Below, in pieces: positions 21,172-30,235 of a stretch of 53,894 nucleotides of DNA (positions are counted from its first letter, which is position 1; each line of letters opens with the position of its first letter). The notes under the pieces were generated by a model, which made no database searches, was not told the DNA's origin, and worked only from the letters and a program-made list of their open reading frames with translations. Source of the stretch: Parcubacteria group bacterium Athens0714_16 (GTDB lineage Bacteria; Patescibacteriota; Minisyncoccia; Phycocordibacterales; 21-14-all-36-13); assembly GCA_007376805.1 (NCBI GenBank), contig VMGX01000001.1, forward strand, positions 136,461 through 190,354, written 5' to 3'. The position numbers were made by a program, and so were the translations under genes.

Positions 21172-22299
21172 TTATAGCAAGTTCTTTAAAATATTAACAT
21201 ATCTAGACATGTATTCCTCTTTAGAGACTGCGATACCCTGTATGGTATCCCGCATTCTTTCTTTAAACAATTTGCGTTTATCAGGATTTTCTATCAGATT
21301 AATAATAGATTTTGATAAACAATTCACATCTCCCACCGAACAAACGAATGAGTTTTCACCACTCTTAAATAAATCTGTTTTGGCTACTCCGACATTTGTT
21401 GTAACTATTGGACAACCACTAGCCCCGGCTTCAATAAGTGTCATCCCGTAACCCTCGTATTCTGAAGTCAAAAGAAAGATCCCAGCCTTTTTATAAACCG
21501 AAACCACATCATTTTCCCATTCTAAGATTTCTACTTTATTACCAATATTTAATTCATCTATTTTTTGTTTCAAGTTTTTTTCCTCTGGACCAAAACCAAT
21601 AATAGTCATACTAATATTTTTCTTTTGCTCAAGAACTTTTTTGAATACCTTGAGTCCAATATCGATTCTTTTTTCTTTTGTAAATCTAGACACCATCAAA
21701 ATAGATTCAATCCCTCGTTCTTGCGTATAATATGTCACTTCTCGATTTATAATTTTTTCTATATCAACAAAAACAGGTAGAATATCAATTCTTGCTTTTA
21801 AATTTAGAAATGCTTGTTTTATTGAATCAGAAATTACAGAACTGACGACACGTAAACCGTCTGCTTTTGGAATGACGCTCTTAGAAATCAATACTCGAAT
21901 TTTGTTTAAAAATGAGTTTCTAAAATAGGGGCTCAAGAAATCTGTGTGAATCTGAATTTGGAGTGGTAAATCAAATATTTTTTTTAGAACAACACCAACT
22001 TTGCCGGTTTCAAAAGGATCTTGAGTAGAAATTACTGAATCACTCTTTTTAAATTTATTTTTTCTTATTATATCCTTGCCCTTTTTTATTGCGTCTCTAA
22101 TATAAAGCAGACGACAAGAAGAATTTGTCGGATATATGTGAAGTTTAGTACTATGTATTTCCGAAAATCCCAAACTTTTCAGAGAAAAAACAATAATATG
22201 TAGCTCATCCATCCTTTCTGCATATTCGTTAACACGCGACAAAACCGCGCTTCCATTTTCAAACAATTTTCTGTCTGAACCAATGGTTAAAACTTTCAT
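21172..22299 (-). CDS. Glycosyltransferase family 4
   Basis: MKVLTIGSD start at 22299; the ORF-track start at 22353 is less likely. LMVSRFTKEKRIDIGL ... TSEYEGYGMTLIEAGASGCPIVTTNVG. Confidence 0.8.
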   Translation of the reverse strand: MKVLTIGSDRKLFENGSAVLSRVNEYAERMDELHIIVFSLKSLGFSEIHSTKLHIYPTNSSCRLLYIRDAIKKGKDIIRKNKFKKSDSVISTQDPFETGKVGVVLKKIFDLPLQIQIHTDFLSPYFRNSFLNKIRVLISKSVIPKADGLRVVSSVISDSIKQAFLNLKARIDILPVFVDIEKIINREVTYYTQERGIESILMVSRFTKEKRIDIGLKVFKKVLEQKKNISMTIIGFGPEEKNLKQKIDELNIGNKVEILEWENDVVSVYKKAGIFLLTSEYEGYGMTLIEAGASGCPIVTTNVGVAKTDLFKSGENSFVCSVGDVNCLSKSIINLIENPDKRKLFKERMRDTIQGIAVSKEEYMSRYVNILKNLL

Positions 22300-22409
22300 C
22301 CTGTTAGGGTTTTTTATTAGTTTGTTGTACTTCATAATTTTATATAAATACACACCGTACCTACGATATTATCCAAAATTTGTAAAACTCTAACAAGATT
22401 TGTGTTATT

Positions 22410-23510
22410 TTATATAGTGTTCATTATCATCTTAATAGTAACACTCACACTATGCTTCTCCATAACATATTTTTTCATCTCTTCAATTACTTTCCTTTTT
22501 TTAAAATTGTCCATTTCTAAAATTGCTTTGATTTTTGATGACAAATCATAAACATCTCCATCTTTGAAAATAAATTGTTCTGGTAAAACACCTATAAAAA
22601 AAGTATTACAAACTAGCACCAAATCTCCAGAAATCATTGCTGAAAAGATGGTCTTATCTAAAGATCCCGAGGATGTAAGATTTATAAATAATTCGTGAGA
22701 AAAATACTCCTGTGGAGTTTTAGTGTTTGGTACCGAATCTTTAAATTGAATTTTTCCTTTTTTTACCAATAGTTCTGCTAATTCCTTAACCAAATCATAA
22801 TATTGTGGCTCCTTTGGGTCACGGTCACCAACTATATCCACCTTGAATTCAAATCCCTTAGAGTCCAGATGAAGCAGTGCCCGCACCAAAACATCTATTT
22901 TTTTTACACTAGATATTCTTCCCATAGATAAAATCGACCCAGAAACTCTGGTAGGTTCATTTTCTAACATAAACTTTTCAACATTTATACCGGTCGGCAT
23001 CAATTTCGTTTTTTTAAATTTAAAAGTATATGAAGAAGGTGAGGTACAAAAAACAACATCAGACATGTCCACGGCTATATTTGTTAACCAACTACCATTC
23101 TGATGATTGCGCCAAAGCATCACCTTTTTCCCTAAAATTTTCCAAAATATCCCTGCTAAAAGTACGTATTCCTGATTCATATGAACAAAAACGGCATCAT
23201 ATTCTTTTCGTAATTTGAATATATATTTATAAAAGTTCCAAATGTATTTTAATTTTGATTTGTTTTGTTCTTTACCTAACGAAAAAACTTGTACATTTTT
23301 AGGTAAATTATAGCTTCCCTGTGAAATAATTTCGCCTTCGGCGAAATTGTCACCTTGTGACATTTCACGGGGTGAACCTTTTTCTAAACAAATCACATTT
23401 AGTTTTTCAACGTTTTTAGAAAATTCTTCCACCCAGCCGTGAAAAAACCCAAGTATTGGGTCGTTTTTATCCATTTTTTGGGTAACTATAAGCAAATTTT
23501 GACTTTTCAT
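22410..23510 (-). CDS. Glycosyltransferase family 4
   Basis: MKSQNLLIVTQKMDKNDPILGFFHGW start at 23510, plus a C-terminal GT-B half (SMGRISSVKKIDVLV...). Confidence 0.7.
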   Translation of the reverse strand: MKSQNLLIVTQKMDKNDPILGFFHGWVEEFSKNVEKLNVICLEKGSPREMSQGDNFAEGEIISQGSYNLPKNVQVFSLGKEQNKSKLKYIWNFYKYIFKLRKEYDAVFVHMNQEYVLLAGIFWKILGKKVMLWRNHQNGSWLTNIAVDMSDVVFCTSPSSYTFKFKKTKLMPTGINVEKFMLENEPTRVSGSILSMGRISSVKKIDVLVRALLHLDSKGFEFKVDIVGDRDPKEPQYYDLVKELAELLVKKGKIQFKDSVPNTKTPQEYFSHELFINLTSSGSLDKTIFSAMISGDLVLVCNTFFIGVLPEQFIFKDGDVYDLSSKIKAILEMDNFKKRKVIEEMKKYVMEKHSVSVTIKMIMNTI

Positions 23511-23576
23511 AAATATAAATCTATACAGAGAAGACCATAATAGCACATAAAATGCCGGTGTGATAAAATTTGTGGC

Positions 23577-24716
23577 ATGAAAATATTAATTGCTACCCCT
23601 ATATATCTGCCGGAAATTGGAGGTCCCGCAACATATATAAAAGAGCTGTGTGCCAGAATTAATAATAAACATGACATCACCGTCGTAGCATATAGTGACT
23701 TTGGAGTAGCATTTCCTGGAATAAAGTTAGTAAAAGTCACAAAACATGCCCCTCTGTTACAGAGACTAATAAAATACTTTTTATCGCTTTGGAAAACTTC
23801 AAAAGATACAGAAGTAATGTATGTTCAAAATGCTATGGCTGCCGGATTACCAGCAGCTTTGGTATGTGTCATAAGAAAAATACCATTTATTGTCAAAATA
23901 GTTGGTGACGAAGCGTGGGAAAGAGCTACACAACACAGACTGACAAATAAAAATTGGGAAGAATTTCTGGAAAAACCGGAAGGTGGATTGCAAATCAAAA
24001 TAATGATGAAGATCCAAAAATGGGTTCTTGGTAGAGCAAAAATAGTCACAACTCCTTCACTTTATATGTCTAAAGAAATCATTAAATCATATGGTGTTCT
24101 GCCTGAAAAAATAAGGGTAAATTACAATGCAGTCGAAGAAACAGAAGTATCACCATTTAAAGTAGAGCCAATCCCACACCAAATTGTCACAACCGCTCGT
24201 TTGATACATTTGAAACGAATTGATGACACAATACGCGCTTTATCAATTTTAAAAATAAAATATCCTGATACCTCACTTGTTATTGGGGGTGACGGTCCGG
24301 AGTTAGAAAATTTGAAACAACTAACACATAAACTTAATCTTGAAAATGATGTGATTTTTCTGGGTAAAATCTCCAGAGCTGAGACCTGGCAGATAAGAAA
24401 ACAATCATCGGTTTATGTATTAATTTCCACACACGAAGGATTACCAATCACACTCCTGACTTCGTTGGCTGCAAAAATACCAATTGTCGCTACAAATATA
24501 TCAGGAACAAATGAGGTTGTGTATCACGAAAAAACAGGACTTCTTATAGGGGTCGGAGACACTGAAGCTTTGGCAAAAGCTATTGAAAGATTATTTGAAG
24601 ATGAAAAATTAAGAAATATTCTGATCCAAAACGGTCTTCAGCTTTTAAAAGAAAAATTTTCTTGGGAAACTCATCTAAAAATTTTAGAAAACATGTTTAT
24701 GTCTGCGATAAACTAA
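23577..24716 (+). CDS. Glycosyltransferase family 4
   Basis: MKILIATPIYLPEIGGPATY ... STHEGLPITLLTSLAAKIPIVATNISGTNEVV. TGATAAAAT lies at 23561-23569, 8 nt before the ATG. Confidence 0.8.
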   Translation: MKILIATPIYLPEIGGPATYIKELCARINNKHDITVVAYSDFGVAFPGIKLVKVTKHAPLLQRLIKYFLSLWKTSKDTEVMYVQNAMAAGLPAALVCVIRKIPFIVKIVGDEAWERATQHRLTNKNWEEFLEKPEGGLQIKIMMKIQKWVLGRAKIVTTPSLYMSKEIIKSYGVLPEKIRVNYNAVEETEVSPFKVEPIPHQIVTTARLIHLKRIDDTIRALSILKIKYPDTSLVIGGDGPELENLKQLTHKLNLENDVIFLGKISRAETWQIRKQSSVYVLISTHEGLPITLLTSLAAKIPIVATNISGTNEVVYHEKTGLLIGVGDTEALAKAIERLFEDEKLRNILIQNGLQLLKEKFSWETHLKILENMFMSAIN

Positions 24717-25708
24717 GATTTTTTATTTTTTAATCTATTTTCAATAAACCACGATACGTAGTTGGAAATACCTTTTTCTAAACCTATCTTTGGTTTCCAA
24801 CCAAGGAGTTTTTGGGCTTTCCCTATATCTGCATAACTGACTTCTATACTTGCTTTATTACTTTCTCTTTTAATAACAGTAGCTTTCTTTTTTGTAACTT
24901 TTTCCACAATTCGAAGAAGTTCAGCCAAAGATGCCGGATTGGAACTGGCGATATTAATGATGTTAAAACCTTTGTTAGTTTTTAAGGATTTAGCAATAGC
25001 ACTAACAACATCACCAACATAGGTAAAATCTCGTCTTATCATTTTCGTACTGGAAAACTCAATCGGTTTATTATTAAAAATATTCTCTACCCATTTTGAA
25101 AGTACCAAGCCTTGTCGCATTCTCTCTCCATACACATTAAATAATCTAAAACAAGTAACTGGTAATTCGTAATTAAAAAAATATGTATACGATAGAACCT
25201 CACCGGCCTTTTTAGTTGCTCCGTATGGAGAAAGCGGAAAATCAGTTATTTCAGTTTCCTTAAATCGTGATTTAGATTTAATATTTCCATATACGGAAGA
25301 AGATGAAAAAAGTGAAACTCCTTTGATCTTGAAATCCTTGGAAAGCTCAAGAATGTTTAGCACTCCTTTTATGTTTACCTCAATAAATTCTTCTGGCTTA
25401 ATTACGGATAAACGGGTATCTGTTTTAGCCGCAAGATTTATAACATAATCAGGAGTTTCCTTCTTAAAGATATTTTTCAAATCTGATTTATTACAAATAT
25501 CTGTTTTATAAAAATAAAACTTTGAATTTGATGCAAGTAAAGCCAAATTTTCCTTTTTAAAAACTACTGGATAAACTGGATCCAAATTATCCACACAAAT
25601 TACACGGCCAACGTTTGGCATTTTAAACAACTTCTGACAAAGATGTGATCCTATAAAACCCGCCCCTCCTGTAACTAATATACTCAATTTCTTACTATTA
25701 TTTTTCAT
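24713..25708 (-). CDS. NAD-dependent nucleotide-sugar epimerase/dehydratase (UDP-glucuronate 4-epimerase-like)
   Basis: ILVTGGAGFIGSHL and SPYGATKKAGE (YxxxK); extended SDR length. Confidence 0.8.
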   Translation of the reverse strand: MKNNSKKLSILVTGGAGFIGSHLCQKLFKMPNVGRVICVDNLDPVYPVVFKKENLALLASNSKFYFYKTDICNKSDLKNIFKKETPDYVINLAAKTDTRLSVIKPEEFIEVNIKGVLNILELSKDFKIKGVSLFSSSSVYGNIKSKSRFKETEITDFPLSPYGATKKAGEVLSYTYFFNYELPVTCFRLFNVYGERMRQGLVLSKWVENIFNNKPIEFSSTKMIRRDFTYVGDVVSAIAKSLKTNKGFNIINIASSNPASLAELLRIVEKVTKKKATVIKRESNKASIEVSYADIGKAQKLLGWKPKIGLEKGISNYVSWFIENRLKNKKS

Positions 25709-25738
25709 ATTATTATGCTATTGTAAACTAAAAAAACT

Positions 25739-26842
25739 ATGAACTCAAGTGATAAACAAGACGTTTGGAATGAAAAAGTTACTTTGGAAGTGAAGCATAT
25801 TTCTAACATACTCAAACTTACTGGTTTTGAACTAGATATAGAACAACCACACATAAGCGGAGAAAGATATCTCATGACTCGAGATAAACTAGTATTAGTC
25901 GGAACACGTATTGAAGACAATCTAAAAGTTATTATAAAAGTCAGTGACAACAAAACAGGGCGGGAAGAAATAAGACAAGAAAAAAAAGTGCGGGATGCAC
26001 TTGTCTCTTTTACTTTTTCCCAAAATTCTGTTATTTTCCCAACTGAAATATATTTTGGTCAAGAAGAAAATTTCCTTATTTGGATCACAAAATATATCAA
26101 CCAAGAAAAAGTGTTTGCCTCTTATTCGATTGAGAAACAATTTTTTATGATTTTAAAAGTATTTGAGGATCAAGAATCTTTTCATGCTACCACTTTTGAA
26201 CATTTACAAAACATAAGAACAATTTTGCCCATACTCAATGGAAGAAACTATATAGAAAAAATTGAAGGGTTTAAAAAAACAATATTTGATCTAGAAAATT
26301 ATGCAGAATTAAAAAATAGTATATCAGAAGCTCTGAAACTTTTACAAAACCATAAAAGACTGATTGATATGTATTGCAACTATTTAACACATACTGACCT
26401 TGCCCCAGCAAACTTTCGCATACAGAAAAAAGAAATATATACCATTGACCTGTCCTCAATACTTTTTGGTAACAAATATGATGGTTGGGCTAGGTTTTTA
26501 AATTGGACGATTATAAACAGTCCAATTCTAGAAAAAACAATTATTGAGTATGTAAAAACAAACAGAGACCAGGAAGAATATTTGGTTCTCAGGTTAATGA
26601 GAATATATAAAGCAACCTTTCTCATTGATTATTATATAAAAAATCTAAGTAAAACTTCTGGAAATCTACATTTACTCACAAAAAAACGTATAGAGTTGTG
26701 GACTTTAATTCTCAAAAGTCTGCTTAATGATAGTCCTATGCCACCTCAAATAGTGCATCAATATATGAGTGACCGTGACAAACTTCGTTCTCCCGAAGAA
26801 AAGGAACGTCAAAAAGAATTTAATCTACTTACCGTAACCTAA
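25739..26842 (+). CDS. Protein-kinase-fold phosphotransferase (APH/choline-kinase-like)
   Basis: Catalytic-loop-like HTDLAPANF followed by IDLSS (compare HxDxxxxN ... D in APH-type kinases). Motif-level call only. Confidence 0.5.
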   Translation: MNSSDKQDVWNEKVTLEVKHISNILKLTGFELDIEQPHISGERYLMTRDKLVLVGTRIEDNLKVIIKVSDNKTGREEIRQEKKVRDALVSFTFSQNSVIFPTEIYFGQEENFLIWITKYINQEKVFASYSIEKQFFMILKVFEDQESFHATTFEHLQNIRTILPILNGRNYIEKIEGFKKTIFDLENYAELKNSISEALKLLQNHKRLIDMYCNYLTHTDLAPANFRIQKKEIYTIDLSSILFGNKYDGWARFLNWTIINSPILEKTIIEYVKTNRDQEEYLVLRLMRIYKATFLIDYYIKNLSKTSGNLHLLTKKRIELWTLILKSLLNDSPMPPQIVHQYMSDRDKLRSPEEKERQKEFNLLTVT

Positions 26843-27618
26843 TATAATTGTGAAATTTCTTTAAATAGTTCTCTATTTGTAGTGGCAATTATTTGTTGTG
26901 GTTCTTTATTTATAGAAACCGGAATACCAGAAATATCGTAAACTTCGCCACCAGCTTCTCTCACAATAGCAATGGCTGCAGCAATGTCTTTCGTCGTTAA
27001 TGTCCCATAAATAACGGCGTCGACACGCCCAGCCGCAAGAAAACACAAATCAAGTGCCGATGAGCCAAGATTTATGGTTTTTTTTGCTTTACCAAGAAGA
27101 ATTCTCTGAAGTTTTATTCCCCATTCACGAACATCATCTGAACGACCAATGTGTAAAAGTATATAAGATTCTTTTAGGGTGGAAACATCACTAACAGAAA
27201 TTTTTTTTTCATTAAGATACGCTCCTATATTTTTTTCAAAACTAAATAATTCACGAGTGATTGGATTATAAACGGCGCCAACAACCGGTTCGTTATTTTC
27301 TATATATGAAATCACCACAGCAAAATGTGGAATATTACGAGCAAAATTTGAAGTTCCATCTATAGGATCAAGCGACCAGAATCCAGTTTTTGTAGTAATA
27401 ACATCTTCTGTTTCTTCAGAAAAAATAATTTCATCGGGATAAGTTGAATGAATCATTTTTTCTAAAAAATTATTTACTTCTAAATCAACAGAAGTAATAA
27501 TATTGCGAGAATCTCCATCTTTTGATGACACACTGAAATATTTCTCGCGAGAGTCAATCAGAATATCACCAGCTTGCTTTATAGTTGAAATAATAAAATT
27601 GTATTTATTTTTATTCAT
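26839..27618 (-). CDS. Inositol monophosphatase family phosphatase
   Basis: SEETE ... WSLDPIDGTSNFARNIPHFAVVI ... GSSALDLCFLAAGRVD (IMPase motifs). Confidence 0.8.
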   Translation of the reverse strand: MNKNKYNFIISTIKQAGDILIDSREKYFSVSSKDGDSRNIITSVDLEVNNFLEKMIHSTYPDEIIFSEETEDVITTKTGFWSLDPIDGTSNFARNIPHFAVVISYIENNEPVVGAVYNPITRELFSFEKNIGAYLNEKKISVSDVSTLKESYILLHIGRSDDVREWGIKLQRILLGKAKKTINLGSSALDLCFLAAGRVDAVIYGTLTTKDIAAAIAIVREAGGEVYDISGIPVSINKEPQQIIATTNRELFKEISQLY

Positions 27619-27640
27619 CTTTTATTTAATAACTGAATTA

Positions 27641-29143
27641 TTAAAAAATTTCTATCTCGTTTGATATTTTTTGTATCTCATCTTTTTCTTTATCATATGG
27701 TAGTATCGGCTCTTTTTTAACAAAAATAAATCCTATAATTGATAACAAAACCATTGATGACAATCCGACAAGCCATTTAAAAACATCCCCGTTTTGGGCT
27801 GTTTTTGGGGCTAAATCTGAATTAACCACAGTTGCCAAGGAATCCATACTCTCCGTGTTTTTTACCTCATTTTGGGCTTCCTGTGTGTCGGAAATCTCTT
27901 TATTTATAGCATAATTAGACGCTTTAAGCACTTCGGTTAAATCATTTGATTTCGCGACCGTTCCATTGAGAAAAACCTTAGTTACACTTTCACCAAAAGA
28001 TGTAGCCAAACTACCGTTCGGATAAAGTAAGCTAATTTTTGATTGGTTCGTTATATTTAAATTTGTGACACTTTTTGGAAAAATAATTTTTTCGTTCGGA
28101 AGTATTACTGTATTTTTTTGAAGTGTAAAAAAATTATTATCAGCCTGCAAACGCCACCATGATAAATTTAATTCTCTGTTCGTTCTGTTGTATAGTTCTA
28201 TAAAATTTTTATCTGCATCTCTACCAACATTTGATATAACAATATCAGCAGGAAGTGCTGTAACATTTATTCTGTCGGTTACAGAATATTCACCAGAGCT
28301 AGCTTCTAAAAAAACTACATACTTACCGGGATAATTATAGGAGTGCATTATCTTTTTACCTTTTTGAAAGGAACCATCACCAAAATTCCATGTAAATAAT
28401 GCATTTTCAATCGGTTCATCATTAAGACCGATGGCTTTCGCATCAAAAATTGTATCTGCGCCGACAATAACCGTTCTATCTTCGCCTGCATAGGCAAAAA
28501 TCTGTGGATCAAAAGCAGGAGATGTAAAATTTTGTTGTTGTGTTGTTTGAGAATTGTTTGTGACTGTTGTTGTCGCTTGTCCTGAAGGACTTGGGGGCGT
28601 AGATGAAGGTACCGAAGTAATTTCTGAACTTCCCAATGTTGGGTTTCCCGCTTTCCATCCAGAATTTGTTTTTTGTAATGTGTTTCCGTCGCCGGCTCCC
28701 CCCATTTCTTTATTATATAAAACTTTATCTATTTGATTATTTTCTTTATCTAAAATCAAAATTTCTCCTGATATATTTTTCAAACTCATGACAGTGTCTA
28801 TAACTGTACCCGTATAACTTAAATTTTCTGGAATAAATAAATTTGCATCGCCGGAAAGAACCGCATATTCATTTGATTTTAAAATTAATGAACCTCTTCC
28901 ACCATTTTTTGGTGGTTCATTTAATATATGATTAGTAACTCCATCGCCATCATTAAATTTCCAACCAGCTAAATCAACCTGCGCGTTTCCAGAATTAAAA
29001 ATTTCAACCCATTCCCTCCCTGTATCAGAACCTTCAGCTAAGTCATACATTATTTCAGTAATAACAATCTGCCCATGTGCGAAGATGGGCAGAAAAATAA
29101 ATATAATTAAAGCCGTTTTTAGAAAGTTACAACAAGTTTTCAT
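27641..29143 (-). CDS. Secreted/membrane-anchored protein with two lamin-tail domains (LTD) and a PKD domain
   Basis: Signal-like N-terminus. LTD blocks IVITEIMYDLAEGSDTGREWVEIFNSGNAQVDLAGWKF and IVISNVGRDADKNFIELYNRTNRELNLSWWRL. PKD block FTWNFGDGSFQKGKKIMHSYNYPGKYVV. C-terminal TM helix. The ATG is at 29143; the ORF-track start at 29146 is a GTG. Confidence 0.7.
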   Translation of the reverse strand: MKTCCNFLKTALIIFIFLPIFAHGQIVITEIMYDLAEGSDTGREWVEIFNSGNAQVDLAGWKFNDGDGVTNHILNEPPKNGGRGSLILKSNEYAVLSGDANLFIPENLSYTGTVIDTVMSLKNISGEILILDKENNQIDKVLYNKEMGGAGDGNTLQKTNSGWKAGNPTLGSSEITSVPSSTPPSPSGQATTTVTNNSQTTQQQNFTSPAFDPQIFAYAGEDRTVIVGADTIFDAKAIGLNDEPIENALFTWNFGDGSFQKGKKIMHSYNYPGKYVVFLEASSGEYSVTDRINVTALPADIVISNVGRDADKNFIELYNRTNRELNLSWWRLQADNNFFTLQKNTVILPNEKIIFPKSVTNLNITNQSKISLLYPNGSLATSFGESVTKVFLNGTVAKSNDLTEVLKASNYAINKEISDTQEAQNEVKNTESMDSLATVVNSDLAPKTAQNGDVFKWLVGLSSMVLLSIIGFIFVKKEPILPYDKEKDEIQKISNEIEIF

Positions 29144-29252
29144 CACTTAAATTTTAGCATTAGAAATAAATTTTTAAAAATTCCAATAGTGGAAAATTTC
29201 TATTAATTTTATGAAATGAGTATTTTCGTATTTAATTTTTAATTTTCGGTTT

Positions 29253-29397
29253 TTACAGTTAACTGTAATTTTTGACTTATTTATTTTAAATTTTTCGTTC
29301 TTAATTCTCACTCTTTACAGTTAACTGTAATTTTTAATCCTTCACCTCTTATATATCATTCTTTTTATTTTGTTCTACTTTTTACAGTTAACTGTAA
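29253..29397. promoter_or_regulatory. Array of three perfect 16-bp palindromes TTACAGTTAACTGTAA (candidate operators)
   Basis: Perfect copies at 29253-29268, 29315-29330 and 29382-29397, each flanked by T-tracts. They lie between the stop of the TrpR-like gene and the start of the LTD/PKD gene. Confidence 0.6.
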
Positions 29398-29438
29398 AAA
29401 GTTGTTCCTAAAAAAATAAAAAAGTACTACGTCTCATT

Positions 29439-29876
29439 TTATTTCGGCTCTGTAGCTTTATAAAAACCCTTCCACCTTCCTTTTCCTACCTTGGGTGGCA
29501 TCCTCATTTCTAAAAGAGTTTCAATATATGACCAGAATGGGTTATCTTTTATTTTCTTATTTATAAGTGAACCTTTCGGTATTTGATCTATTATAAAACC
29601 ATATTCTCCATCATCCATCTTTTCCGAAATTTTATATATTGTTGTCATGCTTAGTTTGAGTGTTTTTTGTATAACAAAAAAATCATATCCGTACTTTATC
29701 ATTACTATAACAGCAAACCTTTTCGCTATCATAATTTTTTCAGATTCAGTAAACAGTCCGTCTAAAAACATTTTTGTTTTCCCGGGATTGTCCAGTTTGG
29801 AAATATAATTTGTTAATTGGTCACAAATCGCCACAAAAACTTTGTCCTTTAATTTTTTCTTTGAAATATTTGTCAT
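29439..29876 (-). CDS. TrpR/YerC-YecD-like helix-turn-helix DNA-binding protein
   Basis: The core FTESEKIMIAKRFAVIVMIKYGYDFFVIQKTLKLSMTTIYKISEKMDDGEYG matches the TrpR-related pattern (T..E......R..V..M...G.....I......S..TI). Confidence 0.65.
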   Translation of the reverse strand: MTNISKKKLKDKVFVAICDQLTNYISKLDNPGKTKMFLDGLFTESEKIMIAKRFAVIVMIKYGYDFFVIQKTLKLSMTTIYKISEKMDDGEYGFIIDQIPKGSLINKKIKDNPFWSYIETLLEMRMPPKVGKGRWKGFYKATEPK

Positions 29877-29903
29877 ATTTTATACCAGTTTTTAAATAAA
29901 TTT

Positions 29904-30192
29904 TTACAGTTAACTGTAATTTTGGGCTTATTTTATTTTAATTCTTAATTTTTAATTCTTGATTCTTTTTTACAGTTAACTGTAATTTTTGTCCCTCGGT
30001 TTTTGATTTTTGGTTTCTTTATTTTTTTATTTCTTTGTTTTTTGCTCTTGGTTTTTGATTTTCTTTTTTACAGTTAACTATAATTTTGCAATCTATTTAT
30101 TTTTAATTCTTAGTTTTTTACGCTTAACTGTGATTTTTAACTCTCCGAGTTTATCTATGGTTTTTGATTTTCTTTTTTACAGTTAACTGTAA
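29904..30192. promoter_or_regulatory. Array of five copies of the TTACAGTTAACTGTAA palindrome (three perfect, two degenerate)
   Basis: Perfect copies at 29904-29919, 29970-29985 and 30177-30192. One mismatch at 30068-30083 (TTACAGTTAACTATAA). Three mismatches at 30118-30133 (TTACGCTTAACTGTGA). The T-rich spacers share sub-repeats: GGTTTTTGATTTTC(T)n precedes the copies at 30068 and 30177, and TTTTAATTCTT precedes those at 29970 and 30118. Confidence 0.6.
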
Positions 30193-30235
30193 AATTTCTG
30201 CATGAGAAAAAGATTGAATGTTAGAATAATGCTTA

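Noticed and set aside
1687-21451. Many 60-140-aa ORFs lie antisense to or overlapping the glycan genes. Examples: 1687-1938, 2352-2594, 2677-3090, 3388-3729, 8112-8480, 8740-9276, 11674-12005, 13989-14318, 15645-15956, 16444-16788, 18268-18600, 19427-19726, 20317-21114 and 21155-21451.
   Set aside because: Each lies wholly inside a longer ORF with clear family motifs on the other strand or frame. Their low-complexity composition is typical of shadow ORFs in AT-rich DNA.
29253-30192. The palindrome arrays might be a CRISPR array.
   Set aside because: The repeat core is only 16 bp (about 23 bp with the T flanks). The spacers are low-complexity T-rich sequence and share sub-repeats with each other. 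Spacing is irregular (50-98 bp). A protein-coding gene sits in the middle. No cas genes are present in the window.
29253-30192. The palindromes might be plus-strand intrinsic terminators (hairpin + T-run).
   Set aside because: The stem is only 6 bp with 2 GC pairs and a 4-nt loop, which is very weak. All neighbouring genes are on the minus strand, where the hairpin is followed by A-runs. Eight copies would be excessive for termination. I kept this only as an unlikely alternative.
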